A stretch of 64,000 bases of DNA from Malacoraja senta (taxonomy: Eukaryota), in assembly GCA_038087875.1 (NCBI GenBank), contig CM075994.1, forward strand, positions 10,728,001 to 10,792,000, in the 5' to 3' direction. The position numbers and the translations under genes are program-made. This document shows positions 1 to 10,712 of this stretch, in pieces; position 1 is the stretch's first letter, and every line of letters begins with the position of its first letter. A model generated the notes under the pieces. That model worked only from the letters and a program-made list of their open reading frames with translations. It did not search any database and had not been told where the DNA came from.

Positions 1-190
1 ATGAAGTGGGATAAGTACATGAGGATTCCTGGAATTTGGGGCATTATTGCCCGATGTGGTGAGTAGATGGAACAGACGGAACATTGACCCAGTACTGAAT
101 TACTGGTGAATGCATAATTTATTTCTGGGCTTTAACCCACCATTTTGTGACTGCACTTTCCCTTCACCAAACTGTAGTGTAACCCCTCAC

Positions 191-1876
191 CTTCAGAAAT
201 AACACGCCGTCCTTGTGGTCTGTCTGTTCTTGTAGCTTTGAGAGTTCCTCATGAATGGAATTTATATACTCTTGAATCTCTTGAAGATTTTTCTCCATTG
301 TTTTTACAATCAACGCCTCTTCTTCCCGGATATCTCCGAGTACGCGCCGCTCTTTCTCGGTGAGAATCTGGTGCAGTTCAGCAAACTGGGATGTGGTCTG
401 TGACTGAAGGTTGCGTGACGCTTCCTGTCAGATGAAAGATGAGAATCAATATATTGTGTCACTCTGCTCTGTTTCCTCCTGACGGGGAAGGTGACATTTG
501 GCTAATCAATGTCGAGTCCTGGAGTGCAGAAATATGCCATTCTGCCCAACAAGCCCGCGCTGGGCTCTGTACGTATCTACATTAATTCCATTTGCATGTA
601 TTCAATCCGTAGTTTTCACTACCGTGGCTAATCAAGAGCTCGTCTTGATAATTCTGAAATACTTGGTGAAAGTAATGTACAAGCAAGTCATTCCCATTTC
701 CCAAGTACAATTCCCTGCAACTTATTCCATTTTGTGTGTCGATTAACCCTCAGTGAACAGAACCAGGTCACCAGAACTAGCAGACAGCAGCACCACTTAG
801 AATGACAGACTTCATAGAGTCATACAGCAAGGGGTGTTAGATACCGACCAAGACGCCCCAACTGCGCTTTATCCACCTGTCCGCATTTGGCCCACCTGGT
901 TCTAAAATGTTCTCTCCACGAACTTGTTCAAATATCTTTTAAATATTGTTATGGTTCGTGAATCAACTACCTCCCCTGGCAGCGCGTTCCATATGCCCAC
1001 TACCAAAGTTGCCCTCTCACCTTAAACCTATGCCCTCGCATGTTGGACGTCCTACATAGTGTAAAAGACTGCGAATTCACCCTAACATTTCGTTTCATGA
1101 TATAATACACCTGCAATAGATCAGACTCCTGCGCTCCAGTGAGTAAAGTCCTTGGCTGCCCAAACGCCACCTAGATCTCGGCCCCTCGACTACTGAGCTC
1201 TATAGAGGTGCCCACTTATTACACGCGACACAGGGATCAAATTTACACAAAAACATTAAATCGATAGTACAAAGTCTCACCTGAACTCCAGAAATGCTCT
1301 CTTTCTGTTTCTGCTCCATTTGCTCGATCTCTGATTTACTTTCTGTGAGAGAGTTGAAAGAAGATTTCACCTGTTCCTGCGGTTCGATTTCAGACGGAGA
1401 ATAAAAATGTCAGACAATAAAGAAAAGATTACACATTTATGCAATCAAAATCGATTTGGTTTTACCTTGTAGAATTCAATTGCTTCTTCTATCATCATTA
1501 AGCTGTGAGACTTGTGTTCCCGCTCAGTGGCGCAAATCACACAGATCAGTTTCTTGTCCGTTTCACAAAACAGCTTCAGTTCTTCCTGATGTTTCTCGCA
1601 GTGAAGTTTATTTTCCTTCTCTTTGAGATTCAGGCTCAGTGCTCGAGCTTTCTCAGCCAGTCTAACCAAGGCCCGATTCACCCTGAGGGTGCGGTCTACA
1701 AACTCCTCACTACATTCCGGGCAGGAGTTTCTCGCCTCCCTGTCCCAAGTCTGTGTGATACAGGAGCGGCAGAAGTTGTGCCCACACTCCAGTGACACCG
1801 GATCGGTGAAGAAATCCAGGCAGATGGGACAAACTACCTCCTCGGTTAAACTCTCGACCTGGTCTTTCGAAGCCAT
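191..1876 (-). CDS. TRIM gene A (RING-B-box-coiled coil; TRIM39/A33-like), 5' part only. Exons 1466-1876, 1281-1376, 191-424; the rest lies off-window
   Basis: C3HC4 RING ([21 protein letters not shown]) and B-box2 ([19 protein letters not shown]). GT/AG sites give phase-0 exons of 411, 96 and 234 bp encoding coiled-coil-like sequence. Confidence 0.92.
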
Positions 1877-1907
1877 TCCGCCACTTCCTGGTTCAAAATG
1901 TGTTCAC

Positions 1908-1944
1908 TGACGTGGAGCTGCTCAATATGAGCGCTCACGTGACC
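1908..1944. promoter_or_regulatory. Candidate CRE/UPRE-like (TGACGTGG) and E-box (CACGTG) sites just upstream of the gene A start codon
   Basis: Motif match only; TGACGTG is retained upstream of A, B, C and E. Confidence 0.3.
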
Positions 1945-2206
1945 GTCACGGTGGCGCAGCGGTAAAGTTGCTGCTTTACAGCGAATGCAGCGCCGGAAAA
2001 CTGAGTTCGATCCTGACTTGGGGTGCTGTCTGTACGGAGTTTGTACGTTCTCTCATGACCTGCATGGGATTTCTCCGCGATCATCTGTTTCCTCACACAC
2101 TCCAAGGCTTGGGAAATGTAGTGTTAATGGCCGGGGATCGCTGGTCGGCGAGGACCTGGTGGGCCGAAGGGCCTGTTTGCGCGCTGTATCTCTAAACTAC
2201 ATTAAA
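1945..2206 (+). mobile_element. HE1/V-SINE-like tRNA-derived SINE, head-to-head with gene A
   Basis: A box (gtggcgcagcgg), B box (gagttcgatcc), central body gagtttgtacgttctc, CR1-type tail gggccgaagggcctgttt..ctgtatctctaaa. Confidence 0.8.
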
Positions 2207-4279
2207 CCCAACCCCTACGCCCGTGTCGCTGCGCCCGCTGCCGCCCCGGGCAATGAATGCTATCTGGCTGCAAGTGTTCAGTGTGATAGATGTCCTGGCC
2301 GCTTCCAGCTCATCTCACACGAGGGAGGGGTAGATTGGACATTAAGCTGGTCTGAATATGGACGAGAAAGACCAAGGCAGGACAGAAAGGGACGGGGCCG
2401 GCGCGAAGGAAGCCTCGGGTATAACTTGAGGAGGCGTTGCACCTGTTGGGCAGTGGAACCCGCCGCCCGCATCTCCGTTCACAGCCCGGGATCAGGATGG
2501 ACGGAAACCTCCCTCCGCCCTTATTTTATTCAACAACAAGTGCACCTATCTCTCATGCAGCAGACTTCGGGGCAATCTATTGTTTAAATGGTATTATATG
2601 ACCCTCTAAAATTCATTGCAGATTGCAAAGGTTTACTTTGTCTGTCTGAAGAAGGCTCTCGACCCGAACCGTCGCCCATTCATTCTATCCATAGATGCTG
2701 CCTTACCCAATGAGTATCTCCAGCAGTTTTGTCTATCAGTTTCTTTGTCTGCCGATCAGTTTAGTTTAGTTTAGCTTTGAGATACATCGCGGAAACAGTC
2801 CTTTCGGCCCACCGAGTCCGCAACAACGAGTGACATATGTACATATTACAATCGCCCCACACTCTTAAATCTCTACTCCCACCTCAACATTTCTCACTTT
2901 AACTATGATCGGACTTTGCTGGTTTAGCCTTGCACTAAACGTTATTCCATCATCGAGCATCTGTACAATGTACGTGGATCGATTGTCACCATGTATTGTC
3001 TTTCTGCTGACTGGATTTCACTGTACCTCGATACACGTGACAATAAACTAAGCTGGGAAGCCTTATTACCCTTCGATAGGCACTAAATGCTGGAGTAACG
3101 CAGCGGGACAGGTTGCATCTCTGGAGAGGAGGAATGGGTGACTTTTCGCTGAGTTACTCCAGCATGTTGTGTCCATCTTCGGTTTAAACCAGCATCTGCT
3201 TTTTGTGACTATGTCCTGATGTTATACTCTGGGCCTTCATTGATGAGGTTCTGGATTCCCGTTGCCATTACTGGCTGCACTTCAATGTGATTTACGCAGG
3301 TAAAGCACTCTGTGGTCTCCGACAAGAGATGCGAGGACATTGTATAAATGTTAGCGGGTTGTGACGCTGCAATGCTGAGAACTATATGCTGCACATTGTA
3401 ACTGTCCCTTTCCCCTATCTATTGTTCTGGAATTTGACTTGATTGTAATCAGTGGCACTATCCAGGGACACAATTTTAAATATTTCCCCCCACCATAAAT
3501 ACAATTAATCACCTCAAATGCTAGAAAGAAAGAAACTGTCTGAAATACAATCACCGCAACTCTCTTATTTTGTTTATGATCCAGCTCGTTCAAAGCGGTT
3601 GAAGATCAAATGTCCTTGGAGGTACACAAAAATGCTGGAGAAACTCAGCGGTTGCAGCAGCATCTATGGAGCGAAGGAAATAGGCAACGTTTCGGGCCGA
3701 AACCCTTCTTCAAACTGTTCTTGGAATTGGCCGAGCGATCTACTCAGAGGGCAATTAGTGATGAGCAGTAAATGCTGGTCTTGCAGCGACATCTACACCC
3801 TGAGAAATTGATCACTCACTTACATTAATTCCTTAATAAGAAGGTTAAGTTTTGTTTATTAAGAACAGTATTGTATTAACTAGTGAAGTTGATGAAAAAC
3901 AAGGCAAATAATAGCACAAAGTATTACTTAAGCTACACAACCAGGTAGCTCTTGAGGTCTCTCCTGTTCGTTTCTCTCGTCGTGCCGGATTGTGTTTCAG
4001 TCACCGCCGCTGCTCGCACGTCGATGACGGCCTCCAGCATCGGAATCTGTTCATTCTCTCTGCCCAAGATTCACCATCCCCCAGGCAATTGGTTAATATT
4101 TCGGCCGATTCCGCAGTATCGGAATTCCACAAGCAGAGAATTCCACAAATGTACCCACTCTTTGGGTGAAAAAGTTTGTCCTCATCTCAGTTCTAATGGT
4201 TAGTCAGTTTGAGATGAGACTAACACTGGTTAAAATAATTGTCCCCAGTGAGTAGGATAGTGTTAATGAGAATCGAGAA

Positions 4280-4725
4280 TCGTCCGACAGGTCTAATATT
4301 CACTGGAATTTAGAAGGATGAGAGGTTATCTTATGGAAACATATTTTTTTAGAGGATTCGACAGGCTGGATACGGGAAACATGTTCCCGATGTTGGGGGA
4401 ATCCAGAACCAGGGGTCACAGTTTAGGAATAAGGAGTAGGTCATATCGGACTGAGATGAGGGGGAACCTTTTCACCCGGAGAGTTGTGAATCTGTGGCAA
4501 CCTCTGCCAACGAAGGCAGTAGCGGCAAATTCATTGGGTGTACTCAAGAGAGAGTTAAGTATAGCTCTGGGGGTTAACGGAATCAAGGGACATGGGGGAG
4601 AAGGCAGGAACAGGCTGCTGATTTTGGATGATCACCCATTGTCAAATTAAATGGTCCTCGGTCGAAGGGCCGACTGGCCTACCCGTGCACCTATTTTCTA
4701 TATTTCTATGTTTCTACGTTTCTAT
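4280..4725 (+). mobile_element. CR1 3' fragment (paralogue at ~31075-31503)
   Basis: [18 protein letters not shown] and a (tttctatg)n tail. Confidence 0.8.
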
Positions 4726-5039
4726 GGTGACATTTTGGAGAGTGAATCTATTTATCTGGGATGGAATTGGGCCAATGGGCGGATTAATGGCTGATTTATT
4801 TAACTCGGATAAGTGTGATGCAAGTTGGTGTAACAGGCCAGGGCAGATTATACACATTAAACAGTTACGCCCTGTGTTATTTTTAGCAGATTAGAGAGAT
4901 ATTGGAATTCAAACATACAGCTCCATGAACATTGCACCAGGGATGGGCAGGGTGGTGACGAAGGCGTTTGGCACATTTGCTGGGTCCGTGAGGGTATGAA
5001 ATACAGGATTTGATACAACTGTACAAGACAACTGTAAGA

Positions 5040-5320
5040 CCCACACCTCCAGATTAAGGGAGTTTCTTCCCAGCTGTTCTCGGGCAACTCACTCATATGT
5101 TCACAACCAGACAGCCGTGCTGAACTACTGTCTACCTCTGAGGTGACCCTCGGACTTGATCGGACTGTGCTGGCTTTACTTTGCACTAAACGTCCTTCCC
5201 TTATCATGTATCTATACATTGGAAATGGCTTGATTTTCTGCTAATTGGACAGCACGCATTAAGAGATTTTCACAGTGGCTCGGTACACGTGACAACAAAC
5301 TAAACTGAACAACTGAACTA
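5040..5320 (+). mobile_element. Rex1/Babar-like LINE 3' fragment (paralogues at ~11042, 32715, 50014, 62505)
   Basis: Degenerate TSRF/LRxSFFPAVxxQL C-terminus followed by a gtgacaa(t)aaactaaactgaa tail. Confidence 0.6.
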
Positions 5321-5329
5321 ACTACATTG

Positions 5330-5617
5330 ATAGTACCTTCCCCCTCACATCCAGGGATCACAGCCGTCCTTCCTAATGAGACAGAGGTTCACGGTCGCCT
5401 CATCTACTGCATCCTGGATTCCTGGTGACGCCTGGTGCACATTCGTGTTAAAGTCCAGACTCGCCGACCATTTGGCTGAACACTTGCACTCGGTCCGGCA
5501 AGGGCAGCCGGATGCCAACCTCCTCTTCCCATTCCCACGTTGACCATTCTCTCCTGGCCCTTCTCCGTGTCCAGAGTGAGGCCATACACAAACTAGAGGA
5601 ACAGTGCCTCATATTCC
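5330..5617 (+). mobile_element. Old Penelope GIY-YIG fragment (paralogues at ~11340, 32965, 50312, 62788)
   Basis: Degenerate QRFT..DHLAEHLHSV..HFNS..KLEEQCLIF, similar to the 44723-45892 protein. Confidence 0.7.
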
Positions 5618-6305
5618 AATCTCTACCAATAAAAGTGTATTTTATGTGCAGCAGGATTGACAGGGTCAGGGCAAATTTCGACCAGAGACTCGGAATGCTT
5701 ACTCATGTCCTCTCTCCGCAGATCCTGCCTGACCAACTTCGGACCCATCCCACGCCCACTTGACTATCTCAGCTTTGTCCACCCACACAACAGAGGTCTG
5801 GGCTCAGGCAAAAAGGTCTGTCTGAGATTTTGCAACCCACTTTGTTGGGAGTTGGGAATGCTGATTCCAAATCTGGAAGATTACGGACATGGGGGGTGGA
5901 ATGGCAACATCCCTTGAATGAGGAGTGAGGATTATTTACGAACAATGGAATCAGGAAGAGAAGTTGTGTGGCCCGCAGTTTAAGGATGGACAGTTGTGAG
6001 GAGTGATATAGATGCAAACACAGATTAAGGACTAGTAAGAATTTCATTACTCCGCCTCGGTCCATATGACAAGTAACGACTCATGACAATTTCTCTCTCT
6101 TGGGCTGAGGGCGGCGATCGATTGGGTGAAATAAGGGAAGAAATCGAGGCAGATAATCAGAGGAGACATGTAAAATTAGTTGGTTCATTGAAATCAAACA
6201 CACGTACAATATTGTAGGTCAGTAGATTAATACAACAGATACATTTAATACCCTGTTGTTGAAGTTGGATAATTCGCACGACCAGTAACATTCATAAGAA
6301 CCGAA

Positions 6306-6945
6306 CATTCATATATGATGTTTTATATATGAATGCATCTTCATAATGCCTACAGTCTTTGCGCACGCTACCACGGAGCACTGAGATTTGTTACTAATTT
6401 TAAAACCCTCACGCACCACTGCTCTTTGTATGCCCAAGTTGGATGGTTTGCCCTGCCCACCCGCAGACTCCATCATTGGCATATTCTTATTTATAAGACT
6501 ATCCTCGGTGTTCTTCCTTCATACCTGCAGAAGTATGTAATTCGAAAAAGCACAGGAATTTATCAGCTCCGCTCTGAGGACTTGTTCTTACTAACTGTAC
6601 CTAAAGTCCGTACTGAACTGGGGAAAAGGGCATTTAGTTATGCTGCTCCCTTCGCATGGAACCAGCTGCAGAATGAACTGAAACTTAAGGAGCTGGTTTC
6701 TATAAACAGATTTAAATCCCTTCTTAATGATGTTGAAGCGGGCTCTTCTGTCTGTACATGCTTTGTTTGATGATCTTCTGACTGTGACTCTATTTATATG
6801 TTCTCTGTTGTTTTTAAATTATTGTCTGTAACTGTGGAACTGTGCTGCTGCCTGTCTTGGCCAGGACTCTCTTGTAAAAGAGATTTTTAATCTCAATGAG
6901 ACTTCTCCTGGTGAAATAAAGGTTCAATAAAATAAAATGAAAAAA
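6306..6945 (+). mobile_element. LINE 3' fragment (L2-group/RSg-1-like) with an A-rich tail, present in this copy only
   Basis: ORF 6333-6770 is a LINE ORF2 C-terminus (VPKVRTELGKRAFSYAAPFAWNQL). The empty site cataagaaccgaa|tagaaag is present at ~12325, ~33932 and ~63785. Confidence 0.85.
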
Positions 6946-8127
6946 TAGAAAGATTGTGTTTATTTGCATTATGTGCTTGGTGCTTCTAATACTCCAATTG
7001 AAATAAACCCAAATCGCTTTGGACAGTATAGCTTGTTTTTAAACTCTGTCTGTGAATGTTCCTGTCTGCAAACAGACTCCTGCTTTTCAGTTGCCATTCC
7101 TGGCTGCACTTCAAAGAGAATTCCACCAGTAAAGCACTTTGGGGTCTCCTAGAAGAGATGCGAGGACATTGTGTAAATGTAAGCGGGATGTTGCTGTCGG
7201 CACTCGATCTTGGAGGGAATAATCCATTTCCGATGCCCAAACAGGGGTCGTGGATAGACGAAGTAGCCGCTGGCGTCCGCGGGCTTGGAATGGACTTTGG
7301 TCACTCGCGTTTTCTCGAGACGGCGAGAAAGCGAAGGGAAGAGTCGGGGCTCGAGTAGAGGAAAGTGGGAGCAGGTTGGAGACTGGCAGTGAGGGAGATG
7401 AAGCGTCAAAGCGGTGACCGAGAGCAGGAAACAGCACCGAGACAGGCATGATGTACCCAAGAGAGAAGTGAGGGAGGGGTCTCTCAGCGACAGAAACAGG
7501 GAATGATCTACGTATCCTACAGAGAGACAGGCAGAGCCTGAGCACAACGGGCTTCCACTTGGAACCGGGAATTCGGTTTGAACCCATTCTTCCAAAGATC
7601 CGGGCATTGAATGCTATTTTACTGCAAGTGTTCAGTGCGAAGCTTTCCTGGCCGCTTCCAACTCATCTCACACGAGGGAGGGGCATGATTGCATAAAATT
7701 GCACTGGCCTGAATATGGACGAGAAAGACTAAGGCAGGACAGAAAGGGACGGGGCCCGGCGTTAAAGAAGCCTCGGGTGGAACCTGAGGAGGCGTTGCAG
7801 CTGTTGGGCAGTGGAACCCGCCGCCCGCATCTCCGTTCACAGCCCGGGATCAGGATGGACGGAGACCTCCCTCCGCCCTTAATTTATTCCACAAACGTGC
7901 ACCTGTCTCTCATGCAGCAGTCTTCGGGGCAATCTATGTTTGCGTTTATTTTTTAAACGATATTATATGACCATCTAAAATTCATTCCAGTTTGCAAAGG
8001 TTTACTTTGTCTGTCTGAAGAAGGGTCTCGACCCGAAACGTCGCCCCGAAAATTCTATCCATAGATGCTGCCTCACCCAATGAGTATCTCCAGCAGTTTT
8101 ATCGACCAGATTCTTTGTCTGCTGATC

Positions 8128-8431
8128 AGTTTAGTTTAGTTTAGTGTAGAGATAGTTTTGAAATCAGGCCACTCAGTCCACCGAGTCTGCACCAACCAGC
8201 GATCCCCACAAATTAAAACTATCCTGCACACGCTAGGGACAAATTTACACATCAAGCCAATTAACCTACATACCTGTACGCCTCTGGAGTGTGGGAGGAA
8301 ACCGAAGATCTCGGAGAAAACCCACGCGGTCACGGGGTTGAACGTACAGACAGCACCCGTAATCGGGATCGAACCCGGGTCTCTGGCGCTGCAAGCGCTG
8401 CAAGGCAGCAACTGTACCGCTGCGCACCGTG
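8128..8431 (-). mobile_element. HE1/V-SINE-like SINE
   Basis: Reverse strand has a tRNA head (ccgggttcgatccc), the SINE body and a (ctaaa)n tail. Confidence 0.8.
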
Positions 8432-9964
8432 GAATCAGTGAGTGTGGAACACGGAACACTCAGATTCGAAAGCCCAATTGGCAGCATTTCCTCCCCCCCT
8501 GTAGGTCATTCTTGCCGCTAATGCTTCCGAGATGGCGCCTAACCAAGGCGTCTATTTGCGTGCGATGCAGATCTACAATCACATATTACAATCGCCCCAC
8601 ACTCTTAAATCTCTACTCCCACCTCAACATTTCTCACTTTAACTATGATCGGACTTTGCTGGTTTAACCTTGCACTAAACGTTATTCCATCATCGAGTAT
8701 CTGTACACTGCAAGAGGCTCGATTATAATAATGTATCGTCTTTCTGCTGCCTGGATAGCACGCAACAAAAGTATTTCACTGTACTTCGAAACACGTGACA
8801 ATAAACTAAACTGAAAAACCTTATTCTCCTTAGATAGGCACAAAATGCTGGAGACCGTCTCGACCCGAAACGTCATCCATTCCTTGTCTCAAGATATGCT
8901 GCCTGTCCCGCTGAGTTACTCCAGCATATTGTGTCTATCTTCGGTTTAAACAAGCATCTGCAATTCTGCCTACACGCCGAGCCATTTTCCCCTTGTTGCT
9001 TCTCTATCTCAATTCTGTGCCTATTTGATCCTCGCACAGATGGAAAGACGCCCCCCCCCCCCGCTCCCATTCCCCGTCTCCACACCGGATCCGAGCTTGA
9101 ACCCTCTGTGAAAGCTTTCAAATTTCCTTCTCCACAGAGAACCTGCACCCGCTTCTCCGGCCTCGACCTCGACCCGAATCTCCTCATCCTTGAAACCATT
9201 CCAGTGAATATCTCCTGCGCCCTCCCGGTGATCATCGCTTCATTCATTAAGTTTGGTGACCAGAAATAGGCTTGAAGCACCAGTTGCGTCCAAACCTTTT
9301 ATTTTATACTGATTCAACATAACCTCCTGATGATGTAGGGAGGAACTGCAGAAGCTGGTTTAAATCGAAGACAGTTCCAAAATGCTGGAGTATCTCAGCA
9401 GGGCGGGCAGCATCTCAGGAGAGAAGGAATGGCTTACGTTTCGGGTCCGGACCTTTCTTCGGAATCTTTCACACAATTCTTTCTACATCTCTTTATATCA
9501 CCGTCTATATCTCTCGCTTCCCTTTCCCCTGACTCAGTCTGCAGAAGGGTCTCGTCCCGAAACGTCACCCACTCCTTCTGTCCAGAGATGCTGCCTGTTC
9601 CGCTGAGTTACTCCAGCTTTTTGTGACTATGTCCTGATATTGTACTCTGGGCCTTCATTGATGAGGTTCTGGATTCCCGTTGCCATTACTGGCTGCACTT
9701 CAATGTGATTTACGCAGGTAAAGCACTCTGTGGTCTCCGAAAATAGATGCGTGGACATTGTATAAATGTTAGCGGGTTGTGACGCTGCAATGCTGAGAAC
9801 TATATGCTGCACATTGTAACTGTCCCTTTTCCCTATCTATTGTACTGGAGTTTGACGATTGTAATTAGTGGCAGATGGCTTGCCACAGGGCTCGGTGCTG
9901 GCTCAACTGATGACCATTGTTTTAAATTTAAACGATTTGGATGTGTATGTTGGTGACATGGTTA

Positions 9965-10712
9965 CTTACATAGATACATAGAAAATAGGTGCAGGATTAG
10001 GCCGTTCAATGTGATCATGGCTGATCAACCACAATCAGTACCCCGTTCCTGCCTTTTCCCCATATCCCTTGATTCCTCTTGCCTGACGGGCTCTATCCAA
10101 TGAATCGGACTCCATTGCCATCTGAGGCAGAGAATTCCACAAATTCCCCCAACTCTCAGGGTGAAAAAGTTTGTCCTCATCTCATTTCTAATGGTTAGTC
10201 AGTTTGAGATGAGACTAACATTGGTTAAAACAATTGTCCCTAGTATGTTGGATGGTGTAAGTGAACGTCCGACAGGGCTAATATTCACGGGAATTTAGAA
10301 GGATGAGAGGAGATCTTATGGAAACATATAATTTTTTTTAGAGGATTGGACAGGCTGGATGCAGGAAAAATGTTCCCGATGTTGGGGGAATCCAGAACCA
10401 GGGGGCACAGTGTAAGAATAAGGGGTAGGTCATATAGGACTGAGATGTGGTAGAACCTTTTCACCCGGTGAGTTGTGAATCTTTGGAATTCTCTGCCTAC
10501 GAAGGCAGTTGAGTCCAATTCACTGGGTGTATTCAAGAGAGAGTTAGATATAGCTCTTAGGGATAATGGAATCAAGGGATATGGGGGAGAAGGCAGGAAC
10601 AGGGTACTGATTTTGGATGATCAGCCATGATCAAATTAAATGGCCCTCGCTCGAAGGGCCAAAAGGCCTATTCCTGCACCTATTTTCTATGTTTCCATGT
10701 TTCTACTTTTCA
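9965..10712. mobile_element. Two CR1 3' fragments in opposite orientation (~9965-10190 minus, ~10270-10712 plus); paralogues at ~48845-49682 and ~61405-62172
   Basis: catagaaaataggtgcagg at the left end is the reverse complement of cctgcacctattttctatg at the right end. Confidence 0.78.

Larger units (their letters stand above)
1..7600 (+). repeat. Segmental duplication, direct copy of ~26861-34557
   Basis: Colinear, closely similar sequence starting at atgaag(t/a)gggataagtacat, apart from copy-specific insertions and deletions. Confidence 0.9.

Noticed and set aside
1505..1910. Plus-strand ORFs over the RING/B-box and SPRY exons
   Set aside because: Antisense shadows of the TRIM coding exons.
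1945..2020. tRNA-like A and B boxes
   Set aside because: No cloverleaf is evident and the sequence continues into a SINE body and LINE-like tail, so it is a SINE head rather than a tRNA gene.
3209..3394. 61-aa ORF (MQHIVLSIAASQ...) recurring in five copies
   Set aside because: It starts at GTG, has no recognisable domain, overlaps a SINE-like tail, and recurs simply because of recent segmental duplication.
8015..8042. Recurrent ~28-bp palindromic repeat as a CRISPR repeat
   Set aside because: Dispersed in both orientations, not regularly spaced, no cas genes, eukaryotic context; it belongs to Penelope termini.
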